A stretch of DNA of 64,000 nt from Pseudomonadota bacterium (GTDB lineage Bacteria > Myxococcota > JACRCW01 > JAFGSX01), in the NCBI GenBank assembly GCA_043821645.1, contig JBDRCO010000118.1, positions 96,001 to 160,000 on the forward strand. Direction: 5' to 3'. Below the pieces are notes generated by a model. The model did no database searches. It saw only the letters and a list, made by a program, of their open reading frames with translations, and was not told the origin of the DNA. Positions within the stretch are counted from its first letter, which is position 1. Each line of letters begins with the position of its first letter. The translations under genes and the position numbers were made by a program. Shown piece after piece: positions 11,201-21,088 of this stretch.

Positions 11201-13927
11201 GTCGTTGGTGCACCGGCTCAGGCTGGCACTGTTCAGGCGGTTGGGCCGCTTGAGGTAGAGCTGGACACGGTCACCTTCGTAGTAGGACTTGGCCAGGTCG
11301 CAGACGGAGGTCTTGCCACCGGAGCACTGGCCGGGCACATCGGAGTACAGATCGTTGTCGCCGTAGGCCGCCAGAGCCTCGGTCACGCTGGGCTCGGTGG
11401 TGCCGGCGAGGACGACGGTGCCCTTGGCATGGCTCGAATACGCGCGGTTGGTGTCCGCGGCCACGAAGTGCGTGCGCGCCACAGTGCCCACGTCCGAGGT
11501 GCCGGGGATGAAGGCGAACAACGAGCCGTTGAAGGTGGAGACCCGGGTCCAGCCACTGCTGGCGTTGGCCGGGATGGGCGCGCCGGTGAAGGTGCGGCAG
11601 GCGCCGTCGCCGTCCCAGGCGCGCGCGGTCGAGAACAGGTAGATGTTGACCGGGTCGCACATCGAGGTGGTGGCAATGCCGCTCTGATAGGCCGGAAACA
11701 CATCCGCCACGTCGGAGGCAAAGGTCGGGTAAAAGCCCAGCACCCCGCGCATGCCACCGTAGGTCACGCCGGCCGGATCCGCGGTGGCGCCCTTGTCAAA
11801 CTGAAAGGGTCCGTAGTAGGCCGCCTGGTCTCGCCACTTGGGCGTGGTCGACGGGGCCACGTAGCCTGTACCCAGGTCGGCAAAGGTCAGCACCAGGGGG
11901 TCCACCGCCGCCGAGCCCACCCGGGTGAGCACGAGGATGTAGTAGGTGTCCGCAGCGGGCGTGGTGTAGACGATGCGCGAGCAACTGCCCACGCCGCTAT
12001 TGTCGTTGCTGGCCACCAGGGTGGCCCAGCTCCAGCTGAAGTTGCCCGGCTCGGGTCTGTCATAGGTCGGGCTGTCGTAGCGGTAGAGCTGCAGGTAGGT
12101 GTCGCCGGGGCAACCGCCCAGTCCATCGCCGGTCTCGAACTCCACCCGTCGCCCGTCGCCGATGCCGAAGATGTAGTAGTCGGTGGGGTCGCTCGCCGAC
12201 ACACCGGTGCGTATGCCCCCGGCGCGCGAGCTGACCGAGTACACGCCCGTGTTGTGCACCGAGCCGCCGTAGTGCATGAGCTCGGGCGCGGTGGTCGGGT
12301 CGTTGTTGGCCGGCTCGAGATCGTCCATGAAGCTGCGGTGGCGCAGGGCGTAGGCGTAGACCGCGGCATCGCCGCCGTTCTCCTCGACCTTGAGGATGTA
12401 GTGGTGCCCGGGCTCGACCAGCACGTCGTCGATGCGTGGGCAGGTGCTGGCGCCCCAGTCGTTGTTCTGGGCGATCTGCACCAGGCTCCCCGAGGCCAGC
12501 TTGTCGTACAGGGTGAGCACGGTGTCCTGGGTGCAGGCACCGTCCAGGTCCACCACGTCGAAGCTGTCGTAGGTCGCGGTGTAGCTGTAGAAGCCGTAGT
12601 AGTCGACCTCGCCCGCCGGGTACAGGCTGCCCGAAAGCACGCCATTGCCGACGATGGAGGGGGCCGTGGTGGTGCTGTTGTTGGCGGGTTCTGCTTCGAG
12701 GAAGCGCTTGTCGCCGTCCAGGTACAGCCCGCGCCCCGGGTCCACGATGGCCGGGTCGACCAGGTTCAAGGTCAGGCTCTCGCTGCTGCGCCCGTCGGGG
12801 GACAGCAGGTGCAGGTAGTAGTTGCTGAGCGTGGCGTTGTTGCCGTTCTCGATCACGCGCAGGTAGTACGGGCCGGTCGCGGTGGCCGTGTACAGGATGC
12901 GCGAGCACTGGTTGGTGCCACTGTCGTTGTTGTTGAGCACCACGGTGTTGCCGGAGTCGTACAGCGTCAGGTAGGTGTCGAATCCCGCCGTGCACGTGGA
13001 GTAGGACGACGACGAGGTGGCGGTCCACACCTCGATGCTGTCCCCGGCCTCGGCGTAGATCTGAAAGAAGTCAGCGTCCGCCACCGGCGAGATGCTGCCG
13101 CGTGTCGCGGTGCCCACCCGCAGGTAGTTGGGGTGCAGGTAGTCGTCGTTGAACTCGTACTCGGTGCTCAGCGGCGGCAACATGGGGCGAAACACCCAGT
13201 TGCCGGGCGGCCCCGCGGGCACCTGGAACGAAAAGGCCGGCCCCGCGCTGGCGTCCCAGTCCAGGTCGACCCAGTTGGGCAAGGTCGGCGGCGAGCAGGT
13301 CCAGCCAGCCGGGCAGCTCACCAGCTCGAGCATGCTGTCGATGCTGGTGGTCGGCAGCACGCGGGTCGCCCACATGTTCACCGGAACAGGCATGGCCGCG
13401 GCGTCCCCGGCCAGGTACTGCCGATTGTCGTGGAAGTACATGGCCGGCCAGTGCAGCAGGGAACCCGAGTTGGTGGTCACCGATGCCGCGAAGGCCTCGT
13501 CGTCACAGGCGCCGTAGTGCGGGGTGGGTGTAAAAAAGAACTCGCACGCGGTGATGAGCAGGCAGTTGGTCCCGAGCAACTGCGTGGTGATGCGTCCCGG
13601 CAGCGTCAGGGTCGAGTTCGCAGTGCTGTTCGAGGCACTCCAGGTGGGCATGTCGGTGCGATTCAGGGTGTTGGCTTCGCTGCACACGCCGCGCTCGTAG
13701 GAGACCCAGTCGACGCTCCAGAAGATGATCGAGGAGGCCTGGCCGGTGACGCCCACCGCCAGCGAGAAGTCGGCGCCAGCGTCGACATACTTGGTGCCCA
13801 CCGCGGTGATGGTGATGGCGCGCGCCAGTCCCGGCGCCAGCAGGGTCCCCAGCAGCGCGAGCCAGAGCAGCTCACCTCGCCACCGTCGTCCGCCCGGGAA
13901 ATGCCGCCTGCCGTTGCGCTCCACCAT
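2239..13927 (-). CDS. Giant (~3,900 aa) surface adhesin-like protein with a 1-nt frameshift at ~2532-2537. Architecture: signal peptide, 3 PPC-like domains, CARDB-like domain, ~20 cadherin/He_PIG-like repeats, Ca-binding DxDxDG motif, 5 Fn3/Ig-like repeats, MYXO-CTERM-like tail.
   Basis: ATG at 13927 follows GAGGTG; signal peptide ends ...LARA. Repeated NVNDxP linkers and ExEPxNN...D[TY] PPC-like units. The GCGC + hydrophobic + WRRRRR* tail is in the 2239-2601 frame and joins the main ORF if one G is removed from the G6 run. Confidence 0.85.
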
Positions 13928-13955
13928 CGCCCACCTCACCTGCGGCCGACGCCGC

Positions 13956-16900
13956 CTACTGCACCACCACCCAGGCCGCACCGTACAGACCGTCGGGCAC
14001 CAGCAGCCCGCGACTCGTCGTCACCACGCGAGAAGGCCGCCGCAGCTCGGGCAAGGCCATGCGCGGATAGCTTGGCACGGCAGCACTCGCGTCGGTCGGC
14101 ATGTCGAGCACGTAGGCGCCATCGCTCTGCGTCGACACGAACAGCCGCGGCCCCAGATCGGCCAGGGCCTCAGGCGCCGAGGGAAGCTGCAGATCGACGC
14201 GCTGCGGCGCGCCACTGCTCCAACGGTAGACACCCGTCTCGTCGACACTCCCCAGGGAGCGACGTCCCGACAGCAGCAGGGCGTCGGGCGAACGCTGGGG
14301 TCGAAGCAGGTCGTACACGTAGCTGCCCTCGCTGCGGCGCTGCGCGCAGTCGAGGGCCAGACCCTGCCCCGCGGGCGCTTGCAGGGTCGTACCGAGTTCG
14401 ACCAGATACAGGCCAAAGGGCTGGGCGCCAAGCCAGGCCCTCGCGCCGTCGACAACGGGGGCGTAGATCTCGACGCTGTCCTCGAGGGTCACGGCCTCGA
14501 CGGCCCGCACCTCGAGCACACCGCTGTCCAGGTCCTCGGCGAGAGCGATGCGCGCCAGCGCCGTGGGGTGACAGGCAAAGCTGTCGTCGGCGCCGTTCTG
14601 CAGAGTCAGCAGCAGGTCGAGACCCACCGCCTGCAATGATCCCGCGGTGAGGTAGGTGAAGCTCTGACTGCCTGTGGACCGGGCCAGCGCCGGCAGCAGG
14701 CTGCGCAGGCGCTCGGGCAGGTCGGTGTCGACCCGCTGCAGCTCGCCGCTGCCCGTCGCGGAACTGTGCGCGCTGAACCACAGCCGCCCGTAGACGTCGA
14801 TGGCCAGCACGCCGAGTCCGGGCATCGTCGCGGCCGAGGTCAGCCACGGGGCGCCAAAGGGAAAGCGCGCGTGCTGCGTGCTGCCGCTGGGATCGATGGC
14901 CAGGGATTGCGGCACGCTGCGCACCCGTTGAGCCGCGGTCTGGCCCAGCGCAACCTGGCGCAGCGCGGGAGCAAAGGACAGCACGTCGGCGCCTCCTCCC
15001 TCCACCAGCCAGGCGTTTGCGCCGTCGACCAGAGCCTGGGTCACGGGCAGGCCCCAGAACAGGCGCTGCGTTTCACCGATCAGATCTTGCCCCAGGTCCA
15101 CGGCGCAGCGGCGCTGTACCTCCGCTCCCTGCTCGGTGGTGACGCACAGACCAGGCGCCACCGCCTCGAGCGCGCGGATCGAGGCTCCCGCTTCCAGTCC
15201 GAGTCGGCCCACGAAGGAAGGCGCCGCCCAGGCCGGAGCGCGCAGGAAGTACAAGCCGGCGGACGCTTGCATGGCGTCGACGCTCTCGGCGGCAATGGCC
15301 ACCAGATCATCGAAGGCCGCCAGCCTGACAGCGCGGGCTGCGATCGGAAGCGGAACCGGCAGCCGCGGTGCCAGGCAGCCCAGCTCGCCCGGCGCCACAC
15401 CGCCGCCCGGGGCAGCGGCCAGGGCTGCGGCGCAGGCGTCGAGATCGATGGCCTGCACGCCACTCTCCTCGAGCGCGATCCACAGCGTGTCGCCGATCAG
15501 CTCGAGGTCCGGCGGTGCCGTCGCAAAACCACCGAAGGAGCCGAGCAGATCGTCGGGGGCGTCGCGGCGCACCACCTGCAGGGTGTAGGGCTGGGCCGCG
15601 CGCAGCAGGATCAGAGCCTGGCCCCAGCTCAGTACGCGCTCGGTGGGAGCCGTGATGCCGCCGGGCAGGTGGTGGCGGGGGGCGCTCGCGAAGTCGTCGC
15701 GCACCAGGGTGATCCCGCTGGCCGTGCCCAGCACCAGCACGCCCGGTCGCGCTGCCAGACTGCGCACCACCGCGCCGACGTCCACCGAGCGCGAGCTGCT
15801 CTCGGCGCCATCGACGTCGACCATCACCTCATGCACGCCCAGGGCGTCGCCGGCAGCAAAGAAGCGGTTGCGGCCTGCCACGACGTCGTGCGAGGGCAGG
15901 GTGAGGGTCTGCGCCGCTCCGTGATCGGGCACCACGGCGAGGCCGCCACTTCCCAGGGCGTAGGCCCGCGCCGCACCGCTGCGCGCCACGGCCACACCGC
16001 GCGGCACGTTCTCGACCTCACTGCCCAGGATGGGCGTCACCTCGTCGGGCCGCACCGCCAGCGCCTGGGACCAGCACGACGTGTTGCCGACGGCGTCGAC
16101 CGCGGCCACCTGCAGGTAGACATCGGTTCCGGGACGCAGACCGTTGAGCACCAGCGCAGGCAGCACGGTCTCGACGGGGCTCGGCCCCTCGAGGGCAAAG
16201 CGCGCGCTCTCGAAGGGGTCGTCCTCGACCCGTTCTCCGTGCGGGCAGCGCGCGGTGGCCAGGCTCGCTGGCCTCGGCACCAGACTGTAGGATACGAACC
16301 ACGCGGCCGCGTCGTCGTCGTCAGGCAGCGGGGCGGGCTGCTGCCAGCGCAGCTCGACGCGCTCGCGACCGACCCGGGCCTGCAAGCCCTCGGGCTCGGC
16401 CGGCGCCAGGGTGTCGCGCACGATCTCCAGCTGCAGGGCCTCGCTGCGGTTGTCGAGAGCGTCGCGCGCGACCACCTCGAGGCGCCACAGCACGCGGGCG
16501 GCGTCCACTTGCGCCGGCAACAGAGACAGGGTCGCGTGACAGGCCCCACTGGCGTCGGGAAGCTCGAGGCCCAGGACGTCGCTGCCGTCGGGGCGCCGAC
16601 GCGTGATCTCGAAGATCTCGCCGGGGCGCTGCAGCGGGTCACAGCTGAGGATCTCGATCTCGATGCTGTCGTCCTGGGTCTGCGCCGGCACCGCCGCGAT
16701 CTGCGGACGCGGCGGGGGCGTGCGGTTCACCGCGCAGCGGGTGGGGAGCTGCAGGTGCTGGCCCGCGACGAGGGTCATGCTGAGAGGTGGTGGGAGATCA
16801 AAGCCCGGGCGCAGGAACTCGATGCTGTAGTCGCCAGGCTGGATGTTGATGAAGCCGAAGCGGCCATTGCTGTCGGTCTGCTGACTCTGCACGCGCAGAT

Positions 16901-17198
16901 CGCCGTTGTCCGACGCTGTACCGAGGCCGCGCAGCACCACCTCGAAGCCCGCGTGGTCGCCGACGAGCTGAGCGCAGCTCGCCGCCTCGGGCCACTTGAG
17001 CTGGCCCTGGGCGTCCTCCTCGTAGGGGGCGTACACCGCCTGTATCGCCCCATCGACCCGTGCCGCGGCCTGGTAGATCAAGGGCGTCCGCTCATCGTAG
17101 GGATTGCGCGGAGAAAAGCAGGCCCCCGCGGTGAGCAGCGCCGTCAGCAGGACAGCCCGGCGCAGGTGCGGGGCGACAGGCAAGGGCGAAAGCAACAT
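13956..17198 (-). CDS. Large lipoprotein (carboxypeptidase-regulatory-like, Ig/Fn3 and LVIVD-like beta-propeller regions)
   Basis: Lipobox LTAGA-C followed by RNPYD; TDSNGRFGFINIQPGDYSI; Fn3-like P..L.A...V.L.W; GGAG RBS; ends 28 bp upstream of the giant adhesin gene. Confidence 0.75.
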   Translation of the reverse strand: MLLSPLPVAPHLRRAVLLTALLTAGACFSPRNPYDERTPLIYQAAARVDGAIQAVYAPYEEDAQGQLKWPEAASCAQLVGDHAGFEVVLRGLGTASDNGDLRVQSQQTDSNGRFGFINIQPGDYSIEFLRPGFDLPPPLSMTLVAGQHLQLPTRCAVNRTPPPRPQIAAVPAQTQDDSIEIEILSCDPLQRPGEIFEITRRRPDGSDVLGLELPDASGACHATLSLLPAQVDAARVLWRLEVVARDALDNRSEALQLEIVRDTLAPAEPEGLQARVGRERVELRWQQPAPLPDDDDAAAWFVSYSLVPRPASLATARCPHGERVEDDPFESARFALEGPSPVETVLPALVLNGLRPGTDVYLQVAAVDAVGNTSCWSQALAVRPDEVTPILGSEVENVPRGVAVARSGAARAYALGSGGLAVVPDHGAAQTLTLPSHDVVAGRNRFFAAGDALGVHEVMVDVDGAESSSRSVDVGAVVRSLAARPGVLVLGTASGITLVRDDFASAPRHHLPGGITAPTERVLSWGQALILLRAAQPYTLQVVRRDAPDDLLGSFGGFATAPPDLELIGDTLWIALEESGVQAIDLDACAAALAAAPGGGVAPGELGCLAPRLPVPLPIAARAVRLAAFDDLVAIAAESVDAMQASAGLYFLRAPAWAAPSFVGRLGLEAGASIRALEAVAPGLCVTTEQGAEVQRRCAVDLGQDLIGETQRLFWGLPVTQALVDGANAWLVEGGGADVLSFAPALRQVALGQTAAQRVRSVPQSLAIDPSGSTQHARFPFGAPWLTSAATMPGLGVLAIDVYGRLWFSAHSSATGSGELQRVDTDLPERLRSLLPALARSTGSQSFTYLTAGSLQAVGLDLLLTLQNGADDSFACHPTALARIALAEDLDSGVLEVRAVEAVTLEDSVEIYAPVVDGARAWLGAQPFGLYLVELGTTLQAPAGQGLALDCAQRRSEGSYVYDLLRPQRSPDALLLSGRRSLGSVDETGVYRWSSGAPQRVDLQLPSAPEALADLGPRLFVSTQSDGAYVLDMPTDASAAVPSYPRMALPELRRPSRVVTTSRGLLVPDGLYGAAWVVVQ

Positions 17199-17439
17199 CG
17201 TGTCACTCCAGCATGAGAGATGTGTCTACCTGCGCATCCGCCACACCGCGGGATACGCAGGTTCAGACCGATAGAGCTGTGGCCATTAAATATACACGAA
17301 CTGCGCAGTGACGCTCGCTGTGCGGCGGCGGCGAAAAAGATCATCTCTTCATGACGTCAAAATTGCCCCCATCTTGATATGGATGGGCAGTCGATCATCT
17401 TTTTGTCCGGAACCTGGCGCGACGCAAGGGAGCCCTTCG

Positions 17440-18957
17440 ATGACCAAGATCCAGCGCAACACCTTCGTGCAGCAGCACCAGAACCAGAGCGTCGACCTCA
17501 ACAAGCTCGAGCGCAAGGTGGGCGGCGACCCCGCTGCCAAGGCCGACCTCGACGACGCCGGCGTGAGCATGGACAAGCTTCGCCAGGCCGACCGCAACCG
17601 CGACGGCAAGCTCGACAGCAGCGAGGCCTTTCGCCTGGCCGACAACTACGACCGCGATGGCTCGTCGCAGAGCTTGATCGCCGTGGACAGAGCCGGCCAG
17701 CAGACCCAGGCCGGCAAGGCCGCGGGAGCCCTCGGCGCCTTGCTGGCCAGCCGGGACCTGCAGCCCGACAAGCCTGCCAACGACGACATCCTGTTCGTGG
17801 GCATGAACCCCGATGCCAAGCACGAGGCGCGCAACCTGGCGCAAAATACCAGCGGACGCATGACCACCATCCTCGACGGCAGCGCCGGCAACGACCAGAT
17901 CAAGGTGGGCAGCACCACCTATGACCTGAACACCCCCGAGGGCCGCGGCGGCTTCGTCGGCACCCTGGGTCTGCCTGCGGATCAGTCCCAAAAGGTCGCC
18001 GACGCCATTGCCTCGGGTGGCGACGACGCCAAGGACGAGCTGGCGCAGATCGCGCAGGTCTGGGCCAAGGCCGAGAAGGGGGACAGCATCCCATCGCGGC
18101 TGGTGCTGTCGGGTCATCACGTCGGCTCGGCCATCTGGGGCGACGACAACGGCCGCCTGACCTGGGATTCGATGAAGAAACTCAGCGACGCCATGCCCGA
18201 GGCCGCCAAGCAAGTGCAGGATCTCAACATCTCCGCCTGCTACTCGGGCGGCGCCGATAAGGCCCAGAAATACCAAGGTATTTTCCCAAACGTCAAAACC
18301 ATCTGGGCCTATTCAGGTTCGGCGCCTGGCTCCTGGTCCGGCGCCATGGCGCACCAGAAATACTGGGAGCGCGCCACGCGCGGCAACCAGACGGATCTGC
18401 AGCCCACCGTGGATCAACTCAAGGGCTGGAGCACCCGCAAGGCCGAGAATATCGACGTCCGCGCCGTGGATCAGGCGGCGGCCTACAATGGCCCGCCGCT
18501 GGCGGATCTGCGCCAGGGCATCAACCAGGGCGAGGCGGTGTACCAGCAGTACTTCAGCGGCGAGCGTCCGGTCGAGGACCGCCAGAACGGACCCCTGCGC
18601 GGCTACTACAACCAGATCCAGGCCGCCTTGCAGCACCCGGATCTGCCGCAGAGCGAGCGCCAGAACCTCGAGGGTCTGCGCGATCAGTGCATTCGCCGGC
18701 TGTTTTACGAAAGCCACATCGGGCACCGCTTTCAGGAGACCCACCAGGCGCAGATCCAGCAGGGGTATCAAGCACTTGGCATGACACCCCCGGACTTTGG
18801 CAGCCTCTCCAGGGCCGATGCCCAGCAGGTCATACAGCAGTTCCGCGACAAGCTCGACAGCTCGCCTGGCGCCGCGCCGGCGGCGCAGAACCTGCTGCCC
18901 TTGCTCAACGGTTTGTGGAACCTGGACGCGCAGGTCATCCCGGAGACCTGGATCTGA
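17440..18957 (+). CDS. Protein without signal peptide: shared EF-hand-like N-terminal module + caspase/CHAT-like (His-Cys dyad) domain + helical C-terminus
   Basis: DRNRDGKLD and DRDGS Ca-loop motifs; LVLSGHH (His ~18115-18120) and LNISACYSG (Cys 18238-18240) are spaced as in caspase-hemoglobinase-fold proteases; AAGGGAG RBS. Confidence 0.7.
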   Translation: MTKIQRNTFVQQHQNQSVDLNKLERKVGGDPAAKADLDDAGVSMDKLRQADRNRDGKLDSSEAFRLADNYDRDGSSQSLIAVDRAGQQTQAGKAAGALGALLASRDLQPDKPANDDILFVGMNPDAKHEARNLAQNTSGRMTTILDGSAGNDQIKVGSTTYDLNTPEGRGGFVGTLGLPADQSQKVADAIASGGDDAKDELAQIAQVWAKAEKGDSIPSRLVLSGHHVGSAIWGDDNGRLTWDSMKKLSDAMPEAAKQVQDLNISACYSGGADKAQKYQGIFPNVKTIWAYSGSAPGSWSGAMAHQKYWERATRGNQTDLQPTVDQLKGWSTRKAENIDVRAVDQAAAYNGPPLADLRQGINQGEAVYQQYFSGERPVEDRQNGPLRGYYNQIQAALQHPDLPQSERQNLEGLRDQCIRRLFYESHIGHRFQETHQAQIQQGYQALGMTPPDFGSLSRADAQQVIQQFRDKLDSSPGAAPAAQNLLPLLNGLWNLDAQVIPETWI

Positions 18958-18965
18958 GCCCCCGC

Positions 18966-19532
18966 ATGACACAGGCCTCGCGCATCGCATGCGGGCTCGT
19001 CGCACTGGCTGCCCTGGCCGCCTGCGCCACTGCCCCGCGCACCGAATCCGTGGCGGATCCGGCACCTGTCTGCAACTTCGAATCCGGCCTGCGCGCGGTC
19101 GAAGCCGCCCCGGTCGAGCTGCGGGTCACCCCTGCCCTTGCAGCCCTCGCCCAGGCCTGCCCCGGGGTCCTGGGCAACCTGGCCCAGGCCGCGGACCAGG
19201 CGCGCCAGCTGCCGCGAGCCGAACGCGCGCGCATCCTGGGTGAAGCCGCCAGCCAGGCCCTGCCCCCGGCCTGCGCCACCACCTCGCCAGGCGCTCCAGC
19301 CAGCAGCGTGAGCTGGGGCTGCCCACCGCCCGAACCCATGCGGCTCGAAGCGCAGCTGCTCGCCGATCTCGACGCGGGCACCTACCTGTTCGCCATCGCC
19401 GTGCGCAGTCGCCTGGCTGGCGCGCAGCAGCTGAGTACCTACTCGGTCAAGCTGATCGACAACCTCATCCTGGCTGCTGCCCTGGAGGGCGAGGCAGCCC
19501 GAACCGGCGTCCGCACGACGCCGCCCCTGTGA
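18966..19532 (+). CDS. Small lipoprotein of unknown function (candidate partner or immunity protein)
   Basis: Lipobox ALAA-C and four further Cys; starts 8 bp after the previous stop; its TGA overlaps the next gene's GTG. Confidence 0.7.
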   Translation: MTQASRIACGLVALAALAACATAPRTESVADPAPVCNFESGLRAVEAAPVELRVTPALAALAQACPGVLGNLAQAADQARQLPRAERARILGEAASQALPPACATTSPGAPASSVSWGCPPPEPMRLEAQLLADLDAGTYLFAIAVRSRLAGAQQLSTYSVKLIDNLILAAALEGEAARTGVRTTPPL

Positions 19533-19537
19533 GTGCC

Positions 19538-21037
19538 ATGTCTGACAAGCGGATGTTTCTGGCCCTGTTGACCACCTGCAGCCTGCTGAGCTTTGCCTGC
19601 CTGCCAGGCACCTCCGTGGAGCCCGACGACGCAGGCCTGGACGCCGGCGCCAGCGATCTCGCCAGCGCGGATCTCACCGGCCCTGACCTCAGCGGCCGTG
19701 ACCTCACCGCGATGGACACCAGCACGGGCAGCGATCGCGCCGTGGCTGCCGACAGCGCTGGCCACGACGCCAGCTCGGGCGTGGATGCCGGCGGCGGCTT
19801 CGACGCTACCCTGCCCACCGGCACCGAGCTCAACGACGGCTGGATTGGCGGCGCCTGCGCCACCCCGGCGGACTGCGACCTGAGCGACTTCAACGGTACT
19901 GCCGAGTGTGAAACGACGGGCTTCGACAATGGCTTCTGCACCCAGGCCTGCTTTGAGAGCACCGTCATCACGGGTCGCTGGGTGTGCCCGGATTCCACCA
20001 GCACGGGCTACGGCGCGGGCACGGGCTACACCGTGACCCGCTGCATCACCACCACCGACGGCAGCCCCACCTGCGTCGCCCAGTGCGACTACGAGCAGTC
20101 GGCCAGCGGTTGCCGGCCGGGCTACGTGTGCGTGCTCAAGCAGCGTCACAACGAGCCGGATTCGATCTTCCCGGTGTGCCTGCCCGAGGCCACCCAGACC
20201 TGGCCCGGCGCCACGCCACCCGCCAACGACATCGGCGCCGCCTGCACCGCGGACACAGGCTGCGCCAACCTGTCGTGCATGGACAGCCTGCCCGGGGGCT
20301 ACTGCACCAAGACCATGTGCAACGTGGCCGGCTGCCCGAGCGGATCGGCCTGCTATCGCGTGTCCAGCGCTGGCGACACCGCCTGCATCAAGACCTGCAC
20401 CCAGACCAGCCAGTGCCGGCAGGGCGAGGGTTACATCTGCGACAGCGACCACACCTGCTGGCCCGATACCACCCAGCCACCGCCGGTGCAGTGGGACCAG
20501 ACCGTGGGCGCGCCGGGTTGCGCCGCGGCCTGGCCCAACAATCTGTCGCCCTGCGACCTCGTCCCGGACGACTACCTCGTCATCGACAAGTCGGCGCGCA
20601 ACCTGGCGCTGTGCAACGCCGGCAATCTGGTGCAGAACTTCAACATCGGCATCACCCCTGCGCCTTACGACGTGGGCGACAAGGTCAGGGAGGGCGACGG
20701 CCGCACCCCCGAGGGCGTGTTCTACGTTGCCTCGCTGATCCCCAACTCGAGCTACTACAAGGCCTTCTTGATCAGCTACCCGGACAGCGCCGACGCCGAT
20801 CGTGGCCTGGCCGCCAATCCGGCCCTGATCAATCAGGGCGAACACGACGCCATCGATACCGCGCAGCAGGCCTGCGACGTGCCACCGCAGACCACCAGCC
20901 TGGGCAGCTACATCGAGGTGCACGGCAACTACCCGGGCTACGACTGGACCGTGGGCTGCGTATCGGTGAGCGACGCCAACATGGACCTGCTATGGGCCGT
21001 CATCGGTGAAGACGACAGCATCGTGATCAACCCGTGA
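19538..21037 (+). CDS. Lipoprotein with Cys-rich repeats and a C-terminal L,D-transpeptidase (YkuD family) domain
   Basis: LSFA-C lipobox; IGGAC/IGAAC...GYCT Cys repeats; IDKS.R.L, GDK.REGDGRTPEG, ISYP and IEVHG...WTVGCV catalytic His/Cys. Alternative GTG start at 19529. Confidence 0.85.
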   Translation: MSDKRMFLALLTTCSLLSFACLPGTSVEPDDAGLDAGASDLASADLTGPDLSGRDLTAMDTSTGSDRAVAADSAGHDASSGVDAGGGFDATLPTGTELNDGWIGGACATPADCDLSDFNGTAECETTGFDNGFCTQACFESTVITGRWVCPDSTSTGYGAGTGYTVTRCITTTDGSPTCVAQCDYEQSASGCRPGYVCVLKQRHNEPDSIFPVCLPEATQTWPGATPPANDIGAACTADTGCANLSCMDSLPGGYCTKTMCNVAGCPSGSACYRVSSAGDTACIKTCTQTSQCRQGEGYICDSDHTCWPDTTQPPPVQWDQTVGAPGCAAAWPNNLSPCDLVPDDYLVIDKSARNLALCNAGNLVQNFNIGITPAPYDVGDKVREGDGRTPEGVFYVASLIPNSSYYKAFLISYPDSADADRGLAANPALINQGEHDAIDTAQQACDVPPQTTSLGSYIEVHGNYPGYDWTVGCVSVSDANMDLLWAVIGEDDSIVINP

Positions 21038-21088
21038 GCGCGCCAGCGCGAGACGCTGTCCCGCAGTGACCGATAAAAGGAGCTTCCG

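Noticed and set aside
3296-14650. Long + strand ORFs (3296-4738, 4907-8296, 8666-10180, 10526-14650)
   Set aside because: Antisense shadows of the giant adhesin, expected from high-GC codon bias; no motifs or RBS.
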